This document shows positions 1-12,476 of a stretch of DNA of 64,000 nucleotides, in pieces; the first letter of the stretch is position 1, and every line of letters starts with the position of its first letter. The translations under genes and the position numbers were made by a program. Where the stretch lies: contig OX597836.1 in the NCBI GenBank assembly GCA_951406725.2, positions 10,478,001 through 10,542,000 of the forward strand. Direction: 5' to 3'. The notes under the pieces were generated by a model. That model was not told the DNA's origin. It searched no databases and was given only the letters and a program-made list of their open reading frames with translations. The stretch is from Octopus vulgaris (taxonomy: Eukaryota).

Positions 1-372
1 GCACACCGGGCGAAATGCGTAGCCGTATTTCGTCTGCCGTTACGTTCTGAGTTCAAATTCCGCCGAGGTCAACTTTGCCTTTCATCCTTTCTGGGTCGAT
101 TAAATAAGAACCAGTTACGCACTGGGGTCGATAAAATCGACTTAATCCGTTTGTCTGTCCTTGTTCGTCCCCTCTATGTTTAGCCCCTTGTGGGTAGTAA
201 AGAAATAGGTATTTCATCTGCCGCTACGTTCTGAGTTCAAATTCCGCCGAGGTCGACTTTGCCTTTCATCCTTTCGGGGTCGATAAATTAAGTATCAGTT
301 GCGTACTAGGGTCGATCTAATCGACTTTCCTCCTCCCCAAATATTTTGGACCTTGTGCCTATAGTAGAAAAG
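1..372 (+). mobile_element. SINE family A (tRNA-derived head, Meta/MESC-like core), head-to-tail dimer
   Basis: B-box-like GAGTTCAAATTCC followed by the core GCCGAGGTCGACTTTGCCTTTCATCCTTTCGGGGTCGATAAATTAAGTA occurs twice (about 50 and 233). The same unit recurs at more than 20 places in the window. Confidence 0.9.
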
Positions 373-681
373 AATATCTGTGTGGTGAGGGGAGAAGAAA
401 TCCGATATGCTTAGAAATAACAGCCAAATCAACCTTCAGTCACACTCTATACCATTTTAAATATACGCAGAATGGAGTATTGGACAACATTGTGACGTAC
501 ACGCGCGCACAAACACACACGTACGTCAAACACACACACACACACACATACGTGTGTTTGTGTGTGTTTGTGTGTGTGTGTGTGTGTACGTGTACATGAA
601 TAATTGGATGGTAACTGCTGGAAGGTGGGAATACCTTTTGCCCATAATTCTACTCGATTACGGTTGACCTGGGGTTAAACA

Positions 682-840
682 CCATCATCATCATCACCAC
701 CACCACCACCACCACCACCACCACCACCGCTTCCACCACCGTCAGCACCGCCATCATGTCCACCGCCGCTGCCACCATTACCACCGGCAATAACAGCAAG
801 ACAAGTAAATATTGTTAGCTTTTCTTTGAAACTACTACTG

Positions 841-874
<34 letters not shown>

Positions 875-958
875 AAATACTATTACTACTACTACTACTA
901 CTACCACCACCACCACCACCACCACCACTACCACTACTATTGCTGCTGTTGCTTCTAT

Positions 959-1049
<91 letters not shown>

Positions 1050-1052
1050 GCT

Positions 1053-1115
<63 letters not shown>

Positions 1116-1170
1116 CTAGTAGTAGTAGTAGTAGTAGTAGTCGTCGTCGTCATCGTCGTAGTAGTAGTAG
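682..1170. repeat. Compound trinucleotide microsatellite (CAT/CAC)n, (ACT)n, (GCA)n, (AGT)n
   Basis: Read directly; the (ACT)n and (AGT)n tracts face each other. Confidence 0.95.
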
Positions 1171-1404
1171 TGCCCGTCATGATGGCAACAAGTTCATTAA
1201 GAGTGAGGGTGGGAGTGTTACGCGGGGGTCTGGAGGTGGCATGGGATGTGGGGTGAGGAAGAGAAGGACCGTAGAGAATCAGAGGGAGGATGGAGGGGAT
1301 GGATTGTGTGTATGTGTGCGTGTGTATGTGAGTGTGTGCGTGTATGTGTGTGGTGCATGTACTTTTGTGTGTAAAGATACTGGAAGAAGGCGAGACAAAA
1401 GAGA

Positions 1405-1472
<68 letters not shown>

Positions 1473-1548
1473 GACAGAGACAGGTAACTAGCTAAATAAA
1501 TATATATAGAGAGAGAGGGGGAAGAGAGAGTGAGAGTGACAGAGACAG

Positions 1549-2468
1549 ACTTATTTCTTTATTGCCCACAAGGAGCTAAACATAAAGGGTACAATTAAGG
1601 ACAGACAAACGGATTAATTCGATTATATCGAACCCAGTGCGTAACTGGTCCTTAATTTATCGACCCCGAAAGGATGAAAGTCAAAGTCGACCTCGGCGGA
1701 ATTTGAACTCAGAACGTAGTGGCAGACGAATACCTATTTCTTTACTACCCACAAGGGGCTAAACACAGAGAGGACAAACAAGGACAGACAAAGGGATTAA
1801 GTCAATTACATCGACCCTAGTACGTAACTGGTACTTAATTTATCGACCCCGAAAGGATGAAAGGCAAAGTCGACCTCGGCGGAATTTGAACTCACAACGT
1901 AGCGGCAGACGAAATACCGCTAAGCATTTCGACCGGCAGTGGAGGCGTGTGGCTTAGTGGTTAGGGTGTCATCATCATGATCGTAAGATTGTGGTTTCGA
2001 TTCCTGGACCGGAAAACGCGTTGTGATCTTGAGCAAAACACTTCATTTCACGCTTGCTCCAGTCCACTCAGCTGGCAAAAATGAGTAACGCTGCGATGGA
2101 CTAGCGTCCCGTCCAGCTGGGGAACACATACGCCATAGAAACCGGGAAACCGGGCCCATGAGCCTGGCTAGGCTTTAAAAGGGCGCATTTATTATTATTT
2201 TTTAAAATTATTTCACCCGGCGTTCTAATGATTCTTATTTCTTTATTGCCCACAAGGGGCTAAACACAGAGAGGACAAACAAGGACAGACAAACGGATTA
2301 AGTCGATTACATCGACCCCAGTACGTAACTGGTACTTATTTAATCGACCCCGAAAGGATGAAAGGCAAAGTCGACCTCGGCGGAATTTGAACTCAGACCG
2401 TGGCGGCAGACGAAATACCACAAAGCATTTCGCCCGACGTGCTACCGTTTCTGCCAGCTCGCCGCCTT
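1549..2468 (-). mobile_element. SINE family A multimer (3 units), interrupted by a family C SINE
   Basis: Reverse-complement core CGACCCCGAAAGGATGAAAG(G/T)CAAAGTCGACCTCGGCGGAATTTGAACTC at about 1661, 1844 and 2345. Head CTGCCAGCTCGCCGCC at about 2451-2467. Confidence 0.9.
1941..2200 (+). mobile_element. SINE family C (tRNA-derived, CORE-like body, V-domain-like 3' part), nested in family A
   Basis: A box TGGCTTAGTGG, B box GGTTTCGATTCC, TTGAGCAAAACACTT, CTGCGATGGACTAGCGTCCCGTCCAG. Host sequence ATTTC-GA/AC-CCGGC appears on both sides, like a TSD. Second copy at 22765-22970. Confidence 0.8.
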
Positions 2469-2755
2469 AGATATGAGTGAAGAAGGCGATAGAACTATGG
2501 AAAAATGATGATGATGTGTGTGTGTGTGTGTGTGTGATTTAAGGCCGATTTAGCTGGTGTTTTTAGCACATCCCACGACCACATGATATATTCCTCGTTT
2601 CTTTCTCAGTCTGACGATTTGATGTTTTTCCAAATTTTTCATCTTATGAACACATTCAATAGAATAATAATACACCCAAGAGCGGTCCATTGCTGGGATT
2701 TGAGGGAAAAAATTCGGACTGTCTATATTTTAAACTCTGATTTCTAAAAACAAAT

Positions 2756-2969
2756 CTTTATATATATAAAAGAGAGGTTGTGTGTCTGTCCCCCAATGAT
2801 TTAGATTCCTAACTACTCCCACATTTTGCGGTGCAGTGTAACCAAAAGCGGGTATCTTATAGTCGTGATTCATATCGAGCCCTTCTGGGTATTAGCGCGC
2901 GTCTACGATGAGTCTACGATTTAAAAAAAAAATTTACCATCAATTTTTCCCATTTTTAATGCATTTTTT

Positions 2970-2970
<1 letters not shown>
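2756..2970 (+). mobile_element. Probable non-autonomous Helitron 5' portion
   Basis: Starts TCTTTATATATATAAAAGAGAGGTTGTGTGTCTGTC, a TC-start plus TATATATAAA plus (TGTC)-like signature typical of short Helitrons. It runs into (TA)n and no 3' CTRR end is seen. Confidence 0.45.
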
Positions 2971-3027
<57 letters not shown>

Positions 3028-3435
3028 TTTCGAGTTCAAATACGAACTGCGAGAACTTTCAGTTTCGTTCTCTTGGAGTCCATCACGGAGATACGAGTCA
3101 ATCACCAGTTAATTGACGATAAATTAACTAATTAATTCACTAATTAATAAACAGCTTAATTACTAGCGGTTACTCAAACATTTGAACTCTCATTATTACA
3201 AATCTATATTTCTAACGTGTTTCAGGTAATTAAAGATTAGCGAGGCGAATATTAATTAGCCTAAAGCTTTAATTAGAAATAACATGTAGAAATAAACATG
3301 GAATCACAGTTTAGCGACGCGGATGGGAGACGTCTGCCGGAAGAATATGAAGATAACGGTGCGAATGGCCAATATCTACGATAACAAACCATCCTTCCTT
3401 TCAACGCTCCCGAATGACAGGCAGCGTTCTAATGA

Positions 3436-3440
3436 GTGTA

Positions 3441-3500
<60 letters not shown>

Positions 3501-3687
3501 CATATACTTACATATTATACATTTGTATATATATATATATGTATGTATATATAAATATATATGTATGTATATATATATGTATGTATATATATATATATAA
3601 ATATGTATGTATATATATATGTGTGTGTGTATATATTTATGTATATATGTATAGATATATGTATATATATGTGTGTATATATATATG

Positions 3688-3738
<51 letters not shown>

Positions 3739-3875
3739 GTATATATATATATATGTATGTATGTATATATATATATATGCATATATAAGTATATATAAAT
3801 ATGTATATATATATATATATGTATGAACATGTATTATATATACGTATATAAATGTATATACATACATATATATAC

Positions 3876-3934
<59 letters not shown>

Positions 3935-3940
3935 TATGTA
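3436..3940. repeat. (TA)n/(TATG)n/(TG)n compound microsatellite, representative of dozens in the window
   Basis: Read directly; source of the [12 protein letters not shown] pseudo-ORFs. Confidence 0.97.
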
Positions 3941-4365
3941 CAATAATTCGCTGATAAGCCTCACCTAACCATTTATTTTTTGGTCTAAAAACTCAGAGGT
4001 ATTTTATGCGGGGGTGGAGGATACCACCGAGGAGTAAGTAAGTAAGATAAGCAATAAGCGTGCTCAAAAGGATGGGTAAGATAAGAGGAGGTGGGCAGAT
4101 AGGGACTGACGGTAGGAGATGGGGGTTCTATATTGCAGACACAACACGGTGGGGGTGGGGACCTGTTTTTGTAAGAATTGGTAATACGTATGAGACATGA
4201 AGAAGACAGCGAAAATTTATTCAATAAATATAGGGCAGATGGTTCCAGGTTCAATCCCACTGCGTGGCACCTTGGGCAGGTGTCTTCTACTATAGCCTTG
4301 GGCTGACCAACATCTCGGGAATGGATTTGATGGATAGGAATCGAGAGAAGCCCGTCGTATATATA

Positions 4366-4595
4366 CTCTTTACTCTTTTACTCGTTTCAGTCATTTGACT
4401 GTGGCCATGCTGGAGCACCGCCTTTAGTCGAGCAAATCGACCCCAGGACTTATTCTTTGTAAGCGTAGTACTTATTCTATCGGCCTTCTTTTGCCGAACC
4501 GCTAAGTTACGGGGACGTAAACACACCAGCATCGATTGCCAAGCGATGTTGGCGGGGACAAACACAGACACACAAACATATCAACTCACACATAC

Positions 4596-4644
<49 letters not shown>

Positions 4645-4823
4645 TATATATATATATACACGACAGACTTCATTCAGTTTCCGTCTACGAAATCCACTCA
4701 CAAGGCTCTGGTCGGCCCGAGGCTATGGTAGAAGACACTTGCCCAAGGTGCCACGCAGTGGGACTGAACCCGGAACCATGTGATTGGTAATCAAGCTACA
4801 TACTACACAGCCACTCCTACTCC

Positions 4824-4825
<2 letters not shown>
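4366..4825 (-). mobile_element. SINE family B (tRNA-derived CORE-type SINE with internal microsatellite), full length
   Basis: On the minus strand: head GGAGTGGCTGTGT..., B box GGTTCAGTCCC, CORE-like ACCTTGGGCAAGT, internal (TA)n/(TG)n, tail GGCGGTGCTCCAGCATGGCCACAGTCAAATGACTGAAAC-GAGTAAAAGAG. Confidence 0.9.
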
Positions 4826-4855
<30 letters not shown>

Positions 4856-5673
4856 TGTATGTATGTATGTATGTATGTATGTGTGTATGTATCTGTGTGT
4901 CTGTGTCCACCCATTATCGCTTGGCAAGCGATGTTGGTGTGTTTACGTCCCCGTAAATTATCGGTTCGGCGAAAAGAGACCGATTGAATAAATGCTTGGC
5001 TGACAAAGAATATTAATCCTGGGTTCGATTTGTTCGACTAAAGGCGGTGCTCCAGCATGGCCGCAGTCCAATGACTGAAACAAGTAAAAGATAGAGGATG
5101 AAAGGTACATTTGTCTTATTCTTCTTTGAATGTGTGGGCAGAAATGTCTACGGGAAATAGCAGCCACGCTTGACGAAAGAAGGACGAAAATAAAACAACA
5201 ACGACATTATTCATGAAGCCTTACCACGTACAGAATTAAATAAATGAATGAACGAATAAATTGGCGTGGGCTTTGGTGTGTGGTTAAGATGCTTGCTTTG
5301 TAACCACCTGGTTTTGGGTTCACTCCGACAGTGCGTCACCTTTGGCGCGTTCTTTTTCGTTTTTTTTTTTTTTCTATAACCTTGCACCGTGAATTTGCTG
5401 GAAAGAATCTGCGTGGAAGTCCGTCGTATGTGTGTATATAACGTAAATGAATAGGCGCGCGTGTGTGTGTGTGGTTATGTGGTAAGAAGCTTGCTCCCAA
5501 CCAGATGGTTCCAGGTTCGGTCCCACTGCGTGGCACCATGGGCAAGTGTTTTTTTTACTATAGCCTCGGGCCGACCAAAGCTTTGTGAGTGGATTTGGTA
5601 GACGGAAACTGAAAGAAGCTCATTGTACACACACACACACATATATATACATACATACATACATACATACATA

Positions 5674-6470
5674 CAGGGTATTTCGAAAAGGATGACCCAA
5701 TTTAAACATTATTTTTTTTGAAACTACGAGCATCCAGCGATTGAAAGGTGTGTGGCTAAAGTTGGCGTGGTCCACAGTTTTAGGGAATTGCTGCAGGAGG
5801 TCGATCCGCACCTTAATCTTCGATGTAAGCCCTAGTGACTGGCAAGACGTGGTCCGCTCAACAGAAGGCGTTTTGCGTTCTACAGTTTAGCGAGAGTGAA
5901 TCAGTGATTTCAGTTCGGTGTACGTTTCGTAGCCGTTTTGGCATTAATCCACCAATGTCAAAGAATATCCATCGTTGCTATAAGCAGTTTGGAGAAACTG
6001 GGTGTTTGTGCGATGGGAAAAGTGCAGGTGGGCCACGCACTTCTGAGGGAAATGAGCGAAGAATTCAACAAGCGTTTGAGCGAAGCCCGCGCAAGTCTAC
6101 TCGCCGTGCAAACAGACATCTTGCATTACCTCACACGATTGTGAGCGTGTATTAAGGCGACGCTTGACCATGAAGCCATACAGATTACAAATTGTACAAG
6201 CTGTTCGAATTGGTGATAAAAGGAAATGTGTGGAATTCAGTAAGGCTCTCTTAGAGGACAAGAAGATGACAGTCTTTCGACAAGAAAATGACAGTCTTTG
6301 ATGGTGAAGCTACTTTTCATCTAAGCGGTAAAGTTAACCGTCATAACGTGCGCCTATAGGGACTCCAGAATCCTCATGAAATAGTAGAGCATGAACGAGA
6401 TTCTGAAAAAGTTAACGTTTTATGTGCACTTTCACAAACCAAGATTTATGGTCCGTACTTTTTGAGGGTA
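5674..6470 (+). mobile_element. Tc1/mariner DNA transposon remnant (5' TIR plus truncated transposase)
   Basis: TA|CAGGGT terminus at 5672-5679, followed by the transposase pseudogene below. The 3' end is missing. Confidence 0.85.
5835..6465 (+). pseudogene. Frameshifted Tc1/mariner transposase with DUF4817-type N-terminal HTH
   Basis: ORF ...QQKAFCVLQF...SVISVR.TFR.RFGINPP..KNIHR.YKQF.ETG.L...GGPRTSE..ERRIQQAFERSPRKSTRR. It continues in other frames as LRRRLTMKPYRLQIVQA and FDGEATFHLSGKVNRHNVR.*G.QNPHEIVEHERDSEKVNVLCALSQTKIYGPYF, covering the first catalytic D region. Confidence 0.9.
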
Positions 6471-6559
6471 ATTAGCTAGAGGCGATGGCCTCTTGGAGCT
6501 AATCATCGGCAGCATTCATCCTATTTTCCTGGGCTGCCATGTTAGCTTGGCGTTAACTA

Positions 6560-6691
<132 letters not shown>

Positions 6692-6927
6692 CTGTGTCTG
6701 TGTGTCTGTGTTTGTTTCTATTTATCACACAGATACCACTTGACAAGTGTTGGTTTGATTACGTCCCTGTAATATAGTAATTCTTCATAAGAGAACGATA
6801 GAATAAGTTCCACCCTTATTGGGATCGATTTGTTCTACAGAAACCCTCCAAGGCGGTGCCCCAGTATGGCTGCAGTCTGAAACAATTAAAAAGGTAGATA
6901 AAAGGAAAATAAAGAAAGATAAAGATA

Positions 6928-7003
<76 letters not shown>

Positions 7004-7981
7004 TTGTTCAAGACACGCACGTTTTGAAAGAAAAATAAAGAAACTTAACGAGATTTCCATTAACAGTGTTAGTACTTGGAACATTTCTGGTAATTATATT
7101 GGCAGTAACATCAACAGCAGCAACAACAACAGCAGCTGTAGCAGCAGCAGCAACAATAACAACAATAGTAGCAGCAATAGTAGCAGCCACAACGTTTGGC
7201 ATAAGGCCAATAATTTTAGTGAGAGGGCGGCACTAGTCGATCATGTTGACCCCAGACCTCAACTATTATATTATTCTATTGGTTCCGAAAAAATGAAAGG
7301 CGAATTCGGTCTCAGTGGCGTTTGAACCCGGAACGTAATGATTCGGAAGAAATAGCACCAGACATTTTGTTCGACGCGCTTGCAATTCTGCCATGTTTTA
7401 AACTTTGGCTCAAGACCTGCGATTTTAGGAGCAGTGGAGCTTGACGATACATCGACTTCCATTGTTCAACTCGTACTTATTTTATCGACCCTGAAAATAT
7501 GAAGGCAAAGTCGACCTCGGTGGCATTTAAATCCAGAACGTAATCTGTTGGAAGAAATAACAGTAGCATTTTGTTCGACACACCGCCTTGGCGTTCTGTT
7601 ATGTCTTCGGGGTTTGAATATCTCGTCGCTAATAATGTTATGACGATGTTGGGGTGTGCATAAAGTTGTAGGAGTATTATTACCCACTTAAATATTTGCA
7701 TATGGTTATCTAGAATAACCTTTCGCAGAATTAATATGTTCATGCAAAACGTACTTCGTACTTCGCCAAACGTAGGTACGATATTAAACTAACACAGTTA
7801 TCCGATACGAACGGCCAACGCTCTCAACTGTGACCAACTGCCGACGGTTCACACAGTTTCTTTATTTTATTGTAACGCGACAGTCCCCTTTTGGTCACGT
7901 GGGGATGATCAGGATTCTTCCAAAACACTTCTAATCAATAATAAATCTCTGAACGAGGTATAAACAGTAGATGCACGACAA

Positions 7982-8372
7982 TGTGAAGTATATTTGCCAC
8001 TTAAATGTGGCTAACCACTAAGGGTGGATGCTACTGTAGCTTGTAGCCTTAGGAGAACATCTTCTCCAGTTGGTTATTGACACACTTTCTGCGCCCTATC
8101 AGTATTTGCAAAGGGAAGCCATCCTTCCATCGTCGACCTGATGTGATACGCACGGACCAAGGTTTCTGATGACGGGTAAATACTCAGAAACCCGGGTCCG
8201 TGCGTATCACGTCAGGTCGACGATGGGAAGGATGGCTTCCCTTTGCAAATACCGATAGGACACAGAAAGTGTGTCAATAGCCAACTGGAGAAGATGTTCT
8301 CCTGGGGCTACAAGCTACAGTAGCATCCACTCTTAGCGGTTAGCCACATTTAAGTGGCAAATATACTTCACA
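7982..8372. repeat. Long inverted repeat (about 188 bp arms, 14 bp spacer), probably a Penelope-type inverted duplication
   Basis: Arm 7982-8169 is the reverse complement of 8184-8372, with about 11 substitutions (mostly transitions) and 1 indel by manual count. No TSD seen. Confidence 0.92.
8166..8198 (+). ncRNA. Minimal hammerhead ribozyme core at the hairpin apex
   Basis: CTGATGA-c-GGGT-aaat-ACTC-a-GAAA-CCCGGG-TC: intact core, stem II, palindromic stem III and GUC triplet. The 5' strand of stem I is not adjacent. Confidence 0.55.
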
Positions 8373-8904
8373 CTTTCCTAATCCTTTTTACTATAGGCAC
8401 AAGGCCTGAAATTCTGGGAGAGGTGCTAGTCGATTTCATCGACCCTAGTGCTTAACTGGTACTTAATTCACCAACCCCGAAATGATGAAAAGGCAAAGTC
8501 GGCCTTGGTAGAGTTTGAACTCAGAACGTAAGGACAGACGTGATGCATGAGGACGTGTTTAATGTCTCTTAGGAAAGCGGCATGATACGTTTTGGTTAAG
8601 CCGCTTCGGCGCCGCTTATATGGCATCGCCGATTCGACGCCGACTTATTTGGCAGCAGGCGTTTTAATAATTCTCTCATTCTCAGCACCGAAAAAGTACC
8701 GTTGCCAAAACTGACCGAATGTCCAGTCGACTCGGCTCATTCCGTTCCAGAGCTGTGCAACTTTAAGGGCACTAAGGCAAAAGCAATGGGACTGAAAGAG
8801 CAGAGCAAAGACCCCAGTTGATATAGATGTGGAAGCATGAGTCATCTGAAAGCTATTGCTCCGAGAAGCTGGAAAAGCAAGGAAGAGAGAGAGAGTAGTG
8901 AAAC

Positions 8905-9005
8905 TGTTCTGAGCAAAATATTGATTATATTCAACATATTCCCCTCTGAGAACCACACACTTATTGCGGCGGCCCTTCAGTTTCTCTAAGCCCTGTAAAA
9001 GAACC
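8905..9005 (-). pseudogene. Mariner transposase C-terminal remnant
   Basis: Translates GLEKLKGRRNKCVVLRGEYVE, matching the mariner C-terminal motif G..KL..RW.KCV...G.YVE. Confidence 0.75.
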
Positions 9006-9334
9006 CGTAATATGTATGTATGTATGTCTGTATTGTACAGCATATATGTATAACTGCATTATTCGATTCTCTACCTGGAAGCTTACTAATAGGAAATTTC
9101 TTACATGTCTATCCAACACGTACAGATTGTGATTGTTATTAGCAAATGAAACACGTGTAATGGTGAATAAATGATGCCGAAAAGACTTTCCGGCTTCCTC
9201 TTTTGTGAAGTAAATTTGAAAAAAAATTTATATATATACGTAAGTACATGAATATCTGCGTATATTTATTTATATATGTATACATACGTATTGACTGATA
9301 TATTTACTGTATACATACATTCATATATACATAC

Positions 9335-9407
<73 letters not shown>

Positions 9408-9916
9408 CTTATATGTACATACTTACATATATATATGTATACATATATGCATATATGAGTACAGGACGGAAACTGAAAGAAGCCCGTCGTACATATATAA
9501 ATATATATGTGTGTGTATGTGTGTGTGAGTGTGTATTTGTCCCCCTAACTTCACTTGACAACTGATGCTGGTGTGTTTACGTCCTCGTAACATTAGCGGT
9601 TCGGCAAGAGATACCGATTGAAATAAGTACTAGGCTTACAAAGAATAAGTCTTGGGGTCGATTTGCTCGACTGAAGGTGGTGTTCCAGCATGGCCGCAGT
9701 CAAATGACTGAAAAAATAGAAGAACATATATATAAATAAAAATATAAATATATATATATTTCGTTTTTGGATTTGGTTTGCAAGATTCTTTAGGAAAATA
9801 AAAATAAGTGGAAATTTTACCGGTGAGTGTGTTAAATTATAAGGCACTAAAAGAAAATGACTCTCCCAGACACAACAGTATATATATATATACACGCATA
9901 TAAACATATATATATA

Positions 9917-9975
<59 letters not shown>

Positions 9976-10095
9976 TAAAAGCAATTAAGATTCAAGTGAG
10001 TTCTGTTGAATTCACATGAATGCGGTACTTAACTTAGATGCACCAGAAATCTATATGGTATTAAACCATAAGATAATGCGGGGTGATTATAAACA

Positions 10096-10235
10096 AGAAA
10101 AAAGCAACAAAAATGGATCAATATTTCGGTACAATTGTTTCATACGAAGACCAGCTTTATTTGCAGCCTTAATAAAGCTGGTCTTCGTATGAAACAATTG
10201 TACCGAATATTGATCCATTTTTGTTGCTTTTTTCT

Positions 10236-10238
<3 letters not shown>
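10096..10238. repeat. Inverted repeat (about 68 bp arms) in a Penelope-like remnant (about 9973-10238) between (TA)n tracts
   Basis: CAAGAAAAAAGCAACAAAAATGGATCAATATT...CTTTATT is mirrored by AATAAAG...AATATTGATCCATTTTTGTTGCTTTTTTCTTG. Confidence 0.88.
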
Positions 10239-10284
<46 letters not shown>

Positions 10285-10694
10285 GACGTGTGCGCTGGAT
10301 ACGATGTCTTCGTGTTGATAAAGACGGTAAAAGCCAAGTCGACATCGCACGAAGTCGAATGGTAAACAAGAGATTCTCGCTTACACACATTTGTTTATAG
10401 TTTACACAATATAAGTACAAATACACACACACACACACACACACACATCACACACACACATGTTTATAGAAAGAGCCATATACAATCACAGATTTTTACC
10501 CCGTATACACATACAAACACACACACATATTATACTCATATATTCACACACACACAAACACACTTGCACATACACGCGCGCACTCACATGTGGTGAGATC
10601 CACTCATTCTGTTTACCTACATATCTACCCCTCCATTCATACTCACACATACACACACATTCGCGCGCGCATATACATCTACAAAGCGAGAGGC

Positions 10695-10878
10695 AAACAC
10701 ACACACACACACACACACACACTCGTACACACACACACTCGTACACACACACACTCGTACACACACACACTCGTACACACACACTCGTACACACACACAC
10801 TCGTACACACACACACACACACACACGTACACACACACAGACACTCGTACACACACACACACACAAACACACACTCGT

Positions 10879-10911
<33 letters not shown>

Positions 10912-11075
10912 CACTCGTACACACACACACACTCGTACACACACACACACACACACACAAACAGATACACACTCGTACACACACACTCGTATACAAACAC
11001 ACACACAAACATACACACACACATACACATAAACACACACACTCGTACACACACACACACTCGTACACACACACA
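10695..11075. repeat. (AC)nTCGT minisatellite derived from a CA microsatellite
   Basis: ACTCGTAC interruption repeated more than 10 times within (CA)n. Confidence 0.9.
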
Positions 11076-11532
11076 TACACACATGTTTATTGTTTCGTAC
11101 GTATAAATACACTATCTCCGACACATACTTTCGTAAGTAAACACACACACATACACACACATTCACACACACATACACACACGCACACATATATATATAT
11201 ACATATACACGTATATGCTTGCGTATCGACACAAATACCACACTCACACACTCACAAACAAACACACACATACACATTCTGCAAACCATAGCCACATGTT
11301 TATAAACATGGGTTCGCATTCGTATACATGTGATGCGATCTGCTCTCTGTTTACCTACCCACGTACCAACCTACCTACCTACCAACCTACGTACCCTTCA
11401 TTCATATACAAACACACACACACACATACGTGTGTGTACATATATACTCTTTTCATTTATTTACAAGAATACTGACAGATACCTCGATCCCGGTAATATA
11501 TATATATACATACATATACATACATACATACT

Positions 11533-11589
<57 letters not shown>

Positions 11590-12339
11590 TGTATATACAC
11601 ACAGACAGAATTATATACATCCATATACAAAGTACACATATAGGTTTGTTTGTCCCCCCGCCCCCAACATCGCTTGACAAACGATGTTGGTGTGTTTACG
11701 TCCCCGTAACATTAGCGGTTCGGCAAACGAAGACCGATAGAATAAGTACTAGGCTTACAAAGAATAAGTAGTCCTGGGGGTCGACTTGCTCGACTAAAAG
11801 GCGATGCTCCAGCATGGCCGCAGTCAAATGACTGAAACAAGTAAAAGAGTAAAAGAGTATATATATATATACGATACCACGTAACCATACTCACATACTC
11901 AGATATACGCATACTCACGTGTGATTATGCGCCGATAGATACACCTACCTCCCGTATAATAACACACATATACATATACACATACACACACACATACACG
12001 TTCATATACAAGTAGAAATATACTTACATATATACCCCCTTCCTGTAACTAATCTCTCTTTCACTTTCTGCCTTCCTCCCTCTCTCGCTGTCTGTCTCTC
12101 TCTCTCTCTCACACACACACTCACGCTCACACACAGCCATATAAGAAATTATACTAACATCCACCTCTCCTGTAACTGCTAACTCCACACATATAGAAGC
12201 ACACACGAACACCTATATACAGCTATATACATCTAACTATACATACATACATACAGCTACACCACCCCCCCGTCCTGTAACTACACACAAACACATACAC
12301 ACACTTCTATCCCGTACGTATACAAGCCCCTGCAATTTC

Positions 12340-12476
12340 ACAGAGTTAGCAGTAAGCTGCCTGACTTTAATGTAACGTGCCAGAAAGGTTTTTCTGTTTT
12401 TGCTTTTTTTACCCTGGATGAAGACTGCTTGCTTTACAGAGAAAGTGACTCCAACTTCTTACTACAAACTTTTGAG
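12340..12476 (+). other. Candidate first exon with consensus splice donor (start approximate)
   Basis: Unique-sequence island ending GAG|GTAAGT at 12476/12477, followed by a T-rich intron start. ATG at 12418 is open to the donor (MKTACFTEKVTPTSYYKLL, phase 2). Confidence 0.45.

Noticed and set aside
3323-3435. ATG-initiated unique stretch [23 protein letters not shown]
   Set aside because: It runs into (TA)n with no convincing donor and no recognisable homology.
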